Positions 50,108 to 60,094 of a stretch of DNA of 64,000 nucleotides are shown one piece after another (the stretch's first letter is position 1; every line of letters starts with the position of its first letter). The notes under the pieces were generated by a model. That model was not told where the DNA came from. It ran no database searches and saw only the letters and a program-made list of their open reading frames with translations. The translations under genes and the position numbers were made by a program. Source of the stretch: Candidatus Latescibacterota bacterium (lineage in GTDB: Bacteria > Latescibacterota > UBA2968 > GCA-2709665); contig CBDDDZ010000003.1 in NCBI GenBank assembly GCA_965226795.1, forward strand, positions 256,001 through 320,000. The letters run 5' to 3'.

Positions 50108-51331
50108 CTACCGCACTCGTTTCCCGAAATCGTGGGCGAAAATCACGAAATCCTGAAATGCGATTTCGCCATCGCTATCCAGATCGTACAAGTCGTCGTA
50201 CCCCTCATCCGACCTATTCAATCCGATATGCCTGGCAAACAGAATAAAGTCGCCGAAGCCGACGATGCCGTCCTCGTCGAAGTCGGGCCCCCGACGATAA
50301 AAGCCGGCGCCAATAACGTACTCTTCGCCGAGATGGGAATGAAGCAGGGCGTAACTCACCTTTAATGAGCCCACCGTGTCGCCCACCAACTCGCCGTCTC
50401 CGTCCTCATCCACGTTCGGATCGTCCCACGTATATTCGACATAGCCTTCGCCGTTCTGCGCCGCGTTGATAAGTTCCTCTACAATCTTCACACCATTGGC
50501 GTCTTCAACGTCGATGTCTATTTGACCCTCTCGCTGCGGATCCGCCCCGTGAAAGATAACGTATCCCGTGGTCGTTATAACAAAGGTGTAGATTGAGCCG
50601 TGCTTCCAATACCCGCCCTCGTCCCTGAAGACGTCCCGGATTGTTCCAAGTCTGTCCAGTCCGATCCTTTCAAGGGCCACAGAAAAGGCCTTCAGTGCGC
50701 TTCGGACAAACGCCTCCAGACTCTCGCGATCCACCACCTCGCTGGCCGTCACGTCCGGACGGGGTACGGCAGAGCCGTCGCCGGCGGGGAGATCCGACAA
50801 ATTCCGGTAGAAGCCGCCGACCAGGACGTAGTTTTCGTTCGTTACCTCGGACAAGAATTGCGTGGCGTACGCCACTTTGGGTTCACCACTGTCATCTCCG
50901 TCCACCGCGGGATCGTCCCAATATTACCCGAAAAAACCGCCCCCGGCGGCCGCCTCCGCGAGGATATTCTTCCCAATGCTGTCGCTCCTGGCGTCGACAA
51001 TTCCTCGCAGGGTCTTTCCCTCGGCATCGGGCTGATCGGCATGGAACAGCACGGACCCGCGACCGTTGAGAACCACCAGGTATGTATTGCCGGACTTCCA
51101 GTCCCCCTCTAGACGCATACTGCCCCACAGAACCGCCAGTTCGGCCGCGTCGCTGATATCGTCCAGCTGCGTTTTCGCATATTCTACGAAGGCCCTCAGG
51201 GTTGCCGGATCCTTATTGACGTCGCCGGCCTTTACAGGCGCTTGCTGGGCAATCGCGGGACCCACACCGGCAAAGACGTTGACCATGCCCAGCAGACAAC
51301 CCAAACGGACAATATTCGCAATCGGCTTCAT
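50108..51331 (-). pseudogene. Secreted tandem Cache-domain protein with dockerin/EF-hand-like tail, in-frame TAA
   Basis: Two single-Cache-like units (WKxGxxY...FHA/G...YxWDDP...KVxYA). GGFFG*YWDDP stop at 50926-50924 is in frame with both ORFs. Tail DFDEDGIVGFGDF...DLDSDGEIAFQDF. Confidence 0.85.
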
Positions 51332-51648
51332 GAAATTTCCCTGTTTTCAAGTTGGAAAGCGTCGTTGTCGATCAGGGGAAGCGGCGACGGCTGCATCCAT
51401 CCGTCTGCCGTGGTTGTTCGCGAAAACGACCCTGCCGCTTTTTGCCGTCCGCCGACCTCTTCCCGTTCGATTGCCGTATGGTCATTGCAATGACTCGGGT
51501 CGAGGCCGCTTCTCTTTCACATTACATTCACATTAAAAAATCTAAACCAAAAACGGTTGGTGTCAACCGGCAACCCGTACAACGTATCGGCGCTGGCGTC
51601 TGATCGGCGGGGTTGCATTGGTGATAACCGACCGCACGCTTCGCCAGA

Positions 51649-54384
51649 TCAGTGTGCGTCGAGCCAGTTGGCCCCCGTGCCCATCTCAACGACGATGGGA
51701 ACATGCATCGGAATGGCGGTCTTCATCCCGTGTTCAACAATGGGAGGGAGGACATCCGCTTCGTCTCTATGCATATCGAAGACCAGTTCGTCGTGGACCT
51801 GCAGGAGCATTCGGGATCTTAGTTCCCGTTCCAGAATCTCGCGATGTATATGGCTCATCGCAAGTTTTATCATGTCCGCCGCCGTGCCCTGGATGCGTGA
51901 GTTGATGGCGTTTCGCTCTTCTCCCTTTCGCGTGGTGGCGTTTCGGGAGTTGATGTCTCTCAGGTAGCGGCGGCGGCCGGTGACCGTTTCCACGTAACCG
52001 TTTTCGCGGGCGAACTCGATGGTTTCGTTCATGTAGGATCGAATTCCAGGGAACTGATCGAAGTAGTGGGCGATAAGGTCCGCGGCGTGCTTGCGTGAAA
52101 TGTCCAGACGATCGGCAAGGCCGAAGGCGGAAATGCCGTAGATGATGCCGAAGTTGACGGTCTTCGCGTGCCGTCGCATATCTTCGGTTGCCCCATCGAT
52201 GCCGTAGATTCTTTCAGCGGTCGCGGTATGGATATCTCCGCCTTGTCTGAAAACTTCCATCAGGGCTTCGTCACCGCTGAGTTCGGCGGCCACCCGGAGT
52301 TCGATCTGGGAGTAGTCGGCGGCAAGCAACACGTGGTCTTCGTCTCTGGGCACGAAGGCTTTTCGGATTTCCCGGCCCATTTCGGTTCGGATGGGAATAT
52401 TCTGCATGTTCGGTCCGTGAGACTGCAGCCGGCCCGTGGCGGCAACCGCCGCCTCGTAGTTGGTATGGATGCGGCCCGTGGGTTTGAAAATCGATCCCGG
52501 CAACTGGTCGACGTAGGTGGATTTCAATTTCGTACACATCCGGTAGAACATCACCTGTCCCACGATCTCATGTTTGTACGCCAGCCGCCGCAGCACCTGC
52601 TCCGTGGTCTGGTACTGTTTGGTTCTGGCCGTGCGGCGCGCATTCGGGTCGAGTTTCAGTTTGTCGAAGAGAATGTCGCCCAGTTGCCTGGGGGAGTTGA
52701 GATCGAAGCGTTCTCCCGCGAGCTGGAAGATCTGTTCCCTGGCCCGATCGATTTCACCAGAGAGACCTTCGGACAAATCTCGCAGCACCCTGGCTTCGCA
52801 CCGGATGCCTTCGTATTCCATTTCGACAAGGGCCGGAATGAGCGGGCATTCCACGTCCCTGAACACCCGCACCTGGCCCATTTCTTCAAGCCTGGACCTC
52901 AGGACTTCGCTCAACTGAAGGGTAATGTCCGCATCCTCAGCCGCATAAGTGGTTACCTGGTCCATGGAGACGTCCGCCAGGCTCAACTGGTCCTCGCCCT
53001 TTTCACCGATAAGGTCGGATATTGGAATGGGGCGGTATCCGAGAAGCGCTTCGGAGAGATAGTCCATTGTGCGGCGAAGGTCCGGCGTTGCCAGGTAGGC
53101 GGCGAGCATGGTGTCGAACAGAGGGCCCTTCACTCGAAAGCCTTTCCAGCGCAATACGCTAAGATCGAACTTCAGGTGGTGGCCGATTTTTTCAATTTCC
53201 GGATTCTCGAGAACCGGACGAAACGCTTCGAGGATTTCGGGCGCCTCGTCGGGGACCTCTGGCAGAGGCACGTAGAATCCGGTATGCGCCTTGTAGGAAA
53301 AGGCCAGGCCGATCAGTTCGCATTTCTTCGGATTCAACCCCGTGGTTTCAATGTCGAAACAGAAGGCCTTCTGTTGACTCAACGCGGCGATCAGTTCACC
53401 GCGAGATTCCGCGGTATCCACCAGCTTGTAGTCGTGCTCGACGTCTTCATGGGTTCGAATCTCGCCTCCGCCCTCATCGGTGGCGGCCGTGGGACCCGCC
53501 GTGAACGATTCGCCAAACAGGCGTTGCCCGAGCGTATCGAACTCGAGTTCGATAAACAGCGCTTTCAACCTTTCTTCGTCCCAGTCCCCACGTTCCAGGT
53601 CGTCCGGTTTGACGTCCAGCGCCACGTCGCGTTCAATGGTGACCAGTTCTTTCGAAAGCAGCGCCTGGTCCCGGTGTTCTTCGACACGTTCTTTCTGCTT
53701 TCCTTTAAGTTCGTCTATATGGTCAAGCAGGTTCTCGATGCTTCCATACTTTCCGATCAGTTTCTGAGCTGTCTTTTCCCCCACCCCCGGGACGCCGGGC
53801 ACGTTGTCTGAACTGTCGCCCATGAGGCCCAGGATGTCAATGACTTGGTCCACGCGTTCGATCTGCCATCTTTCCAGGATTTCCTTCACGCCCTGAACTT
53901 CCACGTCGCCTGTGCGCCCGGGTTTACACACAAAGGTGCTGTCCGAGACCAGTTGGCCGTAGTCCTTGTCAGGCGTAACCATATAGGTGACAAAACCGGC
54001 CTCTTCCGCCTGTTTGGCGAGCGTCCCGATCACGTCGTCCGCCTCCCAACCCGGTACCCTGACAACGGGAAGGTTGAACGCTTCACACAGGCGGAAGACA
54101 TAGGGAAGCGCCGCGCTGAGATCTTCCGGCATAGACTCACGCTGCGCCTTGTATTCCGGGTACATCCTGTGCCTGTGGGTTGGCTCGGGCGTGTCGAACA
54201 CAACGCCGATATGGGTAGGGTCCGCGTTGGCCAGAATATCCAGCAGGGTGTTGGTGAGCACGAAGACGGTGGATGTATTCAGACCTGTGGAGGACATGCG
54301 GGGGTTGCGGATCATGGAAAAATGGGCACGGTAAACCAGCGCCATTCCGTCCAGCAGGTAGAGCTTTTTGTCTGTGTCGCTCAT
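51649..54384 (-). CDS. polA: DNA polymerase I
   Basis: 5'-3' exonuclease (LLDG, EADD, GDSSDNVPGV), 3'-5' exonuclease (FDIET) and polymerase (ADYSQIELR, KTVNFGIIYG, QVHDEL) motifs. Confidence 0.98.
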   Translation of the reverse strand: MSDTDKKLYLLDGMALVYRAHFSMIRNPRMSSTGLNTSTVFVLTNTLLDILANADPTHIGVVFDTPEPTHRHRMYPEYKAQRESMPEDLSAALPYVFRLCEAFNLPVVRVPGWEADDVIGTLAKQAEEAGFVTYMVTPDKDYGQLVSDSTFVCKPGRTGDVEVQGVKEILERWQIERVDQVIDILGLMGDSSDNVPGVPGVGEKTAQKLIGKYGSIENLLDHIDELKGKQKERVEEHRDQALLSKELVTIERDVALDVKPDDLERGDWDEERLKALFIELEFDTLGQRLFGESFTAGPTAATDEGGGEIRTHEDVEHDYKLVDTAESRGELIAALSQQKAFCFDIETTGLNPKKCELIGLAFSYKAHTGFYVPLPEVPDEAPEILEAFRPVLENPEIEKIGHHLKFDLSVLRWKGFRVKGPLFDTMLAAYLATPDLRRTMDYLSEALLGYRPIPISDLIGEKGEDQLSLADVSMDQVTTYAAEDADITLQLSEVLRSRLEEMGQVRVFRDVECPLIPALVEMEYEGIRCEARVLRDLSEGLSGEIDRAREQIFQLAGERFDLNSPRQLGDILFDKLKLDPNARRTARTKQYQTTEQVLRRLAYKHEIVGQVMFYRMCTKLKSTYVDQLPGSIFKPTGRIHTNYEAAVAATGRLQSHGPNMQNIPIRTEMGREIRKAFVPRDEDHVLLAADYSQIELRVAAELSGDEALMEVFRQGGDIHTATAERIYGIDGATEDMRRHAKTVNFGIIYGISAFGLADRLDISRKHAADLIAHYFDQFPGIRSYMNETIEFARENGYVETVTGRRRYLRDINSRNATTRKGEERNAINSRIQGTAADMIKLAMSHIHREILERELRSRMLLQVHDELVFDMHRDEADVLPPIVEHGMKTAIPMHVPIVVEMGTGANWLDAH

Positions 54385-54532
54385 TGTTTTCTCCCGACCC
54401 CGGGATCGCCGGCATGGAACGGAACCGGGGTCCTCATTTCGCTTGCGAACGCCTTTCACGCAACCTACTTTATTGCGTTGATTGACAAGGCCGTTGCACG
54501 GTGACAGGACTTTCCCATGGAGGATCTAAACA

Positions 54533-55651
54533 GTGAAGTTTGATAGACGTAATTTTCTCAAGAAGGCATCCGGCGCGGTTGCCGGCGGCGCTGCGGTTCT
54601 GGCGGGTTGCAGCCCCGCATCAAACGAAAAATCGGATGCACCCGCCGTGCACACCAACAAAAAATACGAATGGAAAATGGTAACGACCTGGCCGCCGCAT
54701 TTTCCCATTCTCGGCGAAGGCGCGGATCTGCTGGCCAAATGGATCGGCGAGATGTCCGGCGGGCAACTGAAGATTACGGTTTACGGCGGTGGCGAGTTGA
54801 TTCCGCCGCTCCAAGGTTTCGATGCCGTCACCCAGGGAACCGTCGAGATGTGCCACGGCGCCGCGTACTATTGGGCCGGCAAAGCGCCTGCTACACAGTT
54901 TTTTGCGGCGGTTCCATTTGGAATGAACGGACAACAGCTCAATGCCTGGATCTACAGTGGCGGGGGGTTGGAGCTCTGGCAGGAGCTATATGCCCCGTTC
55001 AACCTTATCGCGATGCCGGTGGGTAATACCGGCGTTCAAATGGGCGGCTGGTACAATCGAGAAATGAACAGTATCGCCGATTTTCACGGCCTGAAGATGC
55101 GGATCCCGGGCCTCGGCGGCAAGGTAATTGCAAAGGCCGGAGGATCCGCCGTGCTTTCGGCCGGAGGCGAGATCTACACCAACCTGGAACGCGGCGTCAT
55201 CGATGCGACTGAATGGATCGGACCCTATCATGACTTCCTGATGGGATTCTTCAGGGCAGCGAAATATTATTACTTTCCGGGATGGCACGAGCCGGGTACC
55301 GCGCTTGAGTTGATCGTCAACAAGCCCGCGTTCGAGCAACTGCCAACCGATCTTCAACGGATTGTGGAGGCGGCCGCAGCCCAATCAAACGCATGGATGC
55401 TTTCAGAATTCGAGGCCAAAAACAGTGTCTATCTCCAGAAGCTCACCAAAGAACACAACGTTGAGTTGCGAAGGTTTCCGGACGAGGTTCTCGAGACGCT
55501 GCGCCGGTATTCCGTGGAGGTCGAAAACGAGGTGGCTGCAGCCGATCCGATGAGCAAAAAGGTATACGGTTCTTTTGACGCGTTTAGGAAAAAAATCACC
55601 CCATGGGCGGCGCTCTCGGAGAAGCTCTATTATTCCGCTATCGGCGGATAG
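54533..55651 (+). CDS. dctP: TRAP transporter substrate-binding protein (TakP-like), Tat signal
   Basis: DRRNFLK, YYWAGK, GNTGVQMGGW, LKMRIPGLGG and PGWHEPG motifs. Confidence 0.93.
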   Translation: MKFDRRNFLKKASGAVAGGAAVLAGCSPASNEKSDAPAVHTNKKYEWKMVTTWPPHFPILGEGADLLAKWIGEMSGGQLKITVYGGGELIPPLQGFDAVTQGTVEMCHGAAYYWAGKAPATQFFAAVPFGMNGQQLNAWIYSGGGLELWQELYAPFNLIAMPVGNTGVQMGGWYNREMNSIADFHGLKMRIPGLGGKVIAKAGGSAVLSAGGEIYTNLERGVIDATEWIGPYHDFLMGFFRAAKYYYFPGWHEPGTALELIVNKPAFEQLPTDLQRIVEAAAAQSNAWMLSEFEAKNSVYLQKLTKEHNVELRRFPDEVLETLRRYSVEVENEVAAADPMSKKVYGSFDAFRKKITPWAALSEKLYYSAIGG

Positions 55652-55681
55652 CGATCGTTTGCGACGGAAGTCGTGTTTCAG

Positions 55682-55715
55682 GGGGACGCGTGCAAAACGC
55701 GTCCCCTTCTTGTTT
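55682..55715 (+). terminator. Hairpin between convergent dctP and dctM
   Basis: GGGGACGCGT-GCAAA-ACGCGTCCCC followed by TTCTTGTTT. Confidence 0.65.
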
Positions 55716-55723
55716 CGGCTTCA

Positions 55724-57040
55724 TCAGGACGCCAGGTATCGGGGCAGCCATGTAGCCACTTCAGGAAAGACGATGACCAGGGTGAGGCCGATGAGCTGGA
55801 CGATGATAAAGGGAATGATGCCACGATAGATGTGTCCGGTCCGAACTTCAGGCGGCGCGACGCCTTTCAGGTAAAACAGGGAGAATCCGAAGGGCGGGGT
55901 CAGAAAAGAGGTTTGCAGATTCATGGCGATGAGGATACCCACCCAAAGAAGATCTACACCCAGGTGTGTGAATATCGGCGCGACAACCGGAACGATGATG
56001 AACGTAATCTCGATGAAATCTATGAAAAATCCGGCGACAAAAATGACGACCATAACCAGTGCGAGGAAAACATGAAGCCCCGGGTCGGCTTCCACGATCA
56101 ATTGCGTGAGGTACACGTCGCCACGCATTCCCCTGAATGCAAGGCCGAAGGCGGTGGCGCCGACCAGTATGATGAAAACCATGCAGGTGAGATGGGTGGT
56201 CTCGGCCATAACGGACTTGAGGGTTTCGAGCGATAGTTTGCGCTTGCACAGCGTGAGGACGGTGGCGCCGAGGGCGCCCACGGCGGCGGCTTCGGTGGGA
56301 GAAGCGATACCCGCAAAGATGGAACCCAGGACGGCCGCGATCAGCAGGCCGGGAAGGAGAAACGCGTGGATGGTCTGTTTGATTCTGACGGCGCCCACAA
56401 ACCGGTCCAGGTCCTCCTTGGGCATTGCCGGCGCGGAGTCCGGCTTCGCGACGGCGACAATTACGATCCAGATAAGGTAGAGACCCACGAGGCAAAGGCC
56501 AGGGATGACGGCGGCAATAAACATCTCTCCAATGGAGATATTCAGGACACTTCCCAGCAGCACCAGGACGATGCTGGGTGGAATAATCTGACCCAGAGTG
56601 CCGGATGCGGAGATGATACCGGTGGCGAATTCGGTTCGGTAACCACGTCTGAGCATGGTTGGCAGGCTCAGGAGACCCATGGTGACAACGGTTGCCCCGA
56701 CGATGCCGGTCGATGCGCCAAGGAGGGCGCCCACCACAAGAACCGATATGGCAAGGCCGCCACGCAACTTGCCGAAGAGCAGGGCCATCGTTTCCAGCAG
56801 TTCCTCGGCAAGGCCGGATTTTTCGAGCATGACGCCCATATAGACGAACAGAGGGACGGCGATGAGCACGTAGTTGGTCATCACGCCCCAGATGCGCAGG
56901 GGCAACAGATTGAAGAAATCGATGCCGAACGTGAGATAACCCAGGATGAAGGAAACGCCGCCCAGTGTGAACGCGACGGGGAAACCGAACAGGAGTAGCA
57001 CAAAAAGGACCCCGAACAGAATGAGCGGCATGGCTTCCAT
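55724..57040 (-). CDS. dctM: TRAP transporter large permease
   Basis: GTLGQIIPPS, ASPTEAAAVG and LTPPFG motifs. Confidence 0.95.
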   Translation of the reverse strand: MEAMPLILFGVLFVLLLFGFPVAFTLGGVSFILGYLTFGIDFFNLLPLRIWGVMTNYVLIAVPLFVYMGVMLEKSGLAEELLETMALLFGKLRGGLAISVLVVGALLGASTGIVGATVVTMGLLSLPTMLRRGYRTEFATGIISASGTLGQIIPPSIVLVLLGSVLNISIGEMFIAAVIPGLCLVGLYLIWIVIVAVAKPDSAPAMPKEDLDRFVGAVRIKQTIHAFLLPGLLIAAVLGSIFAGIASPTEAAAVGALGATVLTLCKRKLSLETLKSVMAETTHLTCMVFIILVGATAFGLAFRGMRGDVYLTQLIVEADPGLHVFLALVMVVIFVAGFFIDFIEITFIIVPVVAPIFTHLGVDLLWVGILIAMNLQTSFLTPPFGFSLFYLKGVAPPEVRTGHIYRGIIPFIIVQLIGLTLVIVFPEVATWLPRYLAS

Positions 57041-57588
57041 CAAGTGTCCGCCCCCTGCTGTTCGGTTTCAGGGTCGATTGCGTGGTTGCCCGCGATTTTA
57101 AGCAGCGAACCAAATGCCAGCGCCAGGCCCTGTAAGGTCAGCAGGAAAAAGCCTGCGGGAATGGCGGCTTTGAGGATAAACCGCGCGGGCAGTCCGCCGG
57201 GATCGGGCGAACCTTCGCCGAAAAGGTAGGCGTTGATGACGAACGTATGGGAACACCAGATGGCGACGAGGCAGAAAGGTATGAGAAAGAGCAGGCTTCC
57301 GACGAAGTCCACCCATGCCCTGGTTTTTTCCGAAAAGCGACTGTAAAAGACATCCACACGCACATGCTTGCCATGTTTCAAGGTATAGGCCGCGCCTATC
57401 AGGAAAATGACGGCAAACAGGTGCCATTGCAGTTCTTGCACCGCCACCAGGCTGCTTTGCAGCAGATAACGCGTAAACACGTCGTAACAGACAACAGCCA
57501 CCAGGACCGTCGTGAGCCATGATACGGCAACGCCGACGCGTTCATTCAATCGGTTCGCAAAACAAATATAGGCACGCAGGAAATGCAA
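57040..57588 (-). CDS. dctQ: TRAP transporter small permease
   Basis: [15 protein letters not shown] and SPDPGGL motifs; four TM helices. Confidence 0.93.
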   Translation of the reverse strand: MHFLRAYICFANRLNERVGVAVSWLTTVLVAVVCYDVFTRYLLQSSLVAVQELQWHLFAVIFLIGAAYTLKHGKHVRVDVFYSRFSEKTRAWVDFVGSLLFLIPFCLVAIWCSHTFVINAYLFGEGSPDPGGLPARFILKAAIPAGFFLLTLQGLALAFGSLLKIAGNHAIDPETEQQGADT

Positions 57589-57960
57589 AGAAGGGATTCC
57601 CCACAGCGGTTCAGAACTGAAAAGTGGACCCGCGCGGCATGGTCGCCAGGAAGTTGATTTCTCAGCTTAAATTAAGAACGGCCCCAGTCGTTTGCAAAGA
57701 AAAAAGCGTTGCCATCAAGACATCTTTTCGTTTCTTTGCCGCGTGGAAACATTCGTCCCGTGTGCCATTTGCCACTGAACTTCGGGTTTGCGGGGCGTGT
57801 CTGCGCAGGTGCCGTTATTGCACGGGCGGTTGCTTTGCGTTTGTTCCCGCCATCGCTGAATATGACGGGAGAACTCAGGCATTGATTCTTCGTACATAAG
57901 TATTCTGTCCCGGAAATAGATTGCCGAAATCCGGCCGCCGAGCTGCCCGGCTCGCAAGGC

Positions 57961-58024
57961 GCCTGAGCGAGGCGGCCTGTGGAAGGTCGGCGAGAGAAGG
58001 CACTTCGACAAGCTCAGCGCAAGC
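57961..58024. repeat. CTGAGCYTGTCGAAG-type repeat
   Basis: CACTTCGACAAGCTCAGCG at 58001-58019 plus a degenerate forward unit. Confidence 0.65.
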
Positions 58025-58211
58025 AACGCAGCGAGACGGGATGAACCGGCGGAAGAATGGCGACGTATTTCCGGATCGGAACACTTTATTCGGCCAGACT
58101 TGGATGTGAGATGCGGGTATCGACCAATATGCAAGAATCGTCTTCCGGCGTGCTCCGGAATCCCGCGAAAGCAGTGATTCAGGTTCATGCGCTGTTGAGG
58201 AGCCCTCTGCA

Positions 58212-60068
58212 ATGCGAAACATTGGTAGCTTGACCCTGCTGGTCGCGTTCCTCTTCGCGGCGATGCCCGTTCACGCGCAGGAGAAAGTGCGAGTGAGCAC
58301 GGCCTGGCCGGTGGACGGGGCGCGGCCGGGTGAACTCGTGGCGCTGGCCATCGTGGTGGATATCGACGAAGGATTTCATGTCAACCCGGATCCCGCACAG
58401 GTGGTGGTCGTGGGCGATTTTGAACCGTATCCGACAGACGTGCGCATCCTCGAAGCGGCGAGTGGACTGACGCTGGAAGCCGTTCGTTTCCCGAAGCCGC
58501 ATCCCATACAGGCCGATTACGCGGACGGCGATCTGATGGTGTTCGAGGGCCGAACGGTTTTTTTCCTCCCCATTAAGGTGGGCGAAGAGGTAAAGCCCGG
58601 ATCTCAGTGCCTTAAACTGGAGGTGGAGTACCAGGCTTGCGACGCGTACACGTGTTTCATACCCAGAACGGTCGTGCTGGAGGCGCCGCTGGAGATCGTG
58701 GACGCCAACCAACCTGTAAACCGGGTGAATTCCGGGTTGTTCGAAGGGTATGGTACGGCCGGCGCCGTTTCCGGAGGAAGCGGTGTGCGCTTCGATCTGT
58801 TCGGCTGGACATTTTCCATCGATACATCATCCGCGACAGGGCTGATCCTGCTCCTGATTGTGGCTGCTCTCGGCGGCGGGCTGCTGAATCTGACGCCGTG
58901 CGTGCTTCCGGTGATTCCCATCAAAATTATCGGGCTGGCGCAGGCGTCGGAGAGCCAGGCACGACGTCTTGTACTGGGAACGTCGATGTCGCTGGGCGTG
59001 GTGGCTTTCTGGCTTGCGCTGGGGACGATGATTGCGGGCGTCAGCGGGTTTACTGCCACCAATCAGCTTTTTCAGTATCCGCTGTTTACGATCCTTGTGG
59101 GGTTGACTATCGCCGTCATGGCCATTGGCATGTGCGGGCTGTTTTATATCCGGCTGCCGCAGACGGTGTACCGGTTCAATCCCGGTCAGGACAGCCTCAC
59201 GGGTTCGTTCGGCTTCGGCATGATGACGGCAGTGCTTTCCACCCCCTGCACAGCACCCTTTATGGGAGCGGCCGCGGCGTGGGCAGCGACACAATATCCG
59301 GCTACCACGCTGCTTACGTTTGCCTCGATCGGCGCCGGGATGGCCGCACCATATTTGGCGTTGTCGATATTTCCGGCGCTGGTAAACAGGATGCCCCGTA
59401 CCGGTCCGGCCAGCGAGTTGATCAAGCAGGTAATGGGACTGTTGATGCTCGCGGCGGCGGCCTATTTCGTGGGCGTCGGACTGAGCGCGCTTGTCGTCAC
59501 TCCGCCTGACCCGCCGGGGACGGGATACTGGTGGGCCGTGATGGCATTTGGCGCTGCCGCCGGGTCCTGGCTGGTTTACGGCATGTTACGGATCACCGCG
59601 CGGGCGGGAAGGCGCGCGGTTTTTGGCTGTCTGGGCGCGGCGCTTGTCGTTTTTTCCGCGGTCGGCGCCGTCCGATTCACGGATAAAGGGCCAATCGATT
59701 GGATTTACTATACGCCCGCGCGGTTGGAAGAGGTGCTTGAGGAGGGACGGGTTGTGGTGATGGACTTTACCGCGGAGTGGTGCCTGAACTGCAAAGTGCT
59801 GGAACACAACGTGCTGCAAAGCCCGGAAGTGGTGAAATTGCTGGCGCGGCCCGACGTGGCTGCAGTCAAGGTGGATATAACGGGCAATAACCCGGTCGGC
59901 AAGGAAAAGCTGCGAAAAACCGGCCGGTTGACCATCCCGTTGCTGGTGATCTATGCGCCGGACGGACGGGAGGTGTTCAAGAGCGATTTCTACACGGTTG
60001 ATCAGGTGGTGACGGCAGTGAATAGAGCCCGTGGAATGCTTGGATTCGGGCTTCCGGAAACACGGTGA
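58212..60068 (+). CDS. dsbD: Thiol:disulfide interchange protein DsbD
   Basis: QACDAYTC alpha domain, TPCVLP/TPCTAP TM domain, and WCLNC thioredoxin domain. Confidence 0.92.
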   Translation: MRNIGSLTLLVAFLFAAMPVHAQEKVRVSTAWPVDGARPGELVALAIVVDIDEGFHVNPDPAQVVVVGDFEPYPTDVRILEAASGLTLEAVRFPKPHPIQADYADGDLMVFEGRTVFFLPIKVGEEVKPGSQCLKLEVEYQACDAYTCFIPRTVVLEAPLEIVDANQPVNRVNSGLFEGYGTAGAVSGGSGVRFDLFGWTFSIDTSSATGLILLLIVAALGGGLLNLTPCVLPVIPIKIIGLAQASESQARRLVLGTSMSLGVVAFWLALGTMIAGVSGFTATNQLFQYPLFTILVGLTIAVMAIGMCGLFYIRLPQTVYRFNPGQDSLTGSFGFGMMTAVLSTPCTAPFMGAAAAWAATQYPATTLLTFASIGAGMAAPYLALSIFPALVNRMPRTGPASELIKQVMGLLMLAAAAYFVGVGLSALVVTPPDPPGTGYWWAVMAFGAAAGSWLVYGMLRITARAGRRAVFGCLGAALVVFSAVGAVRFTDKGPIDWIYYTPARLEEVLEEGRVVVMDFTAEWCLNCKVLEHNVLQSPEVVKLLARPDVAAVKVDITGNNPVGKEKLRKTGRLTIPLLVIYAPDGREVFKSDFYTVDQVVTAVNRARGMLGFGLPETR

Positions 60069-60094
60069 AGACCGGCGTAAGAGGAGGTTGAAAA

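Noticed and set aside
30285..50926. Stop-codon reassignment explaining in-frame TAG/TAA at 30285, 48212 and 50924
   Set aside because: The expected residues differ (likely W, D/E and Y), each is one substitution from a sense codon, and TAA/TAG end many normal genes here.
52168..53811. Long antisense ORFs (e.g. 547 aa opposite polA, 394 aa opposite the reductase, 421 aa in an alternative frame of dctM)
   Set aside because: Shadow ORFs expected from GC-rich codon usage, with no recognisable motifs.
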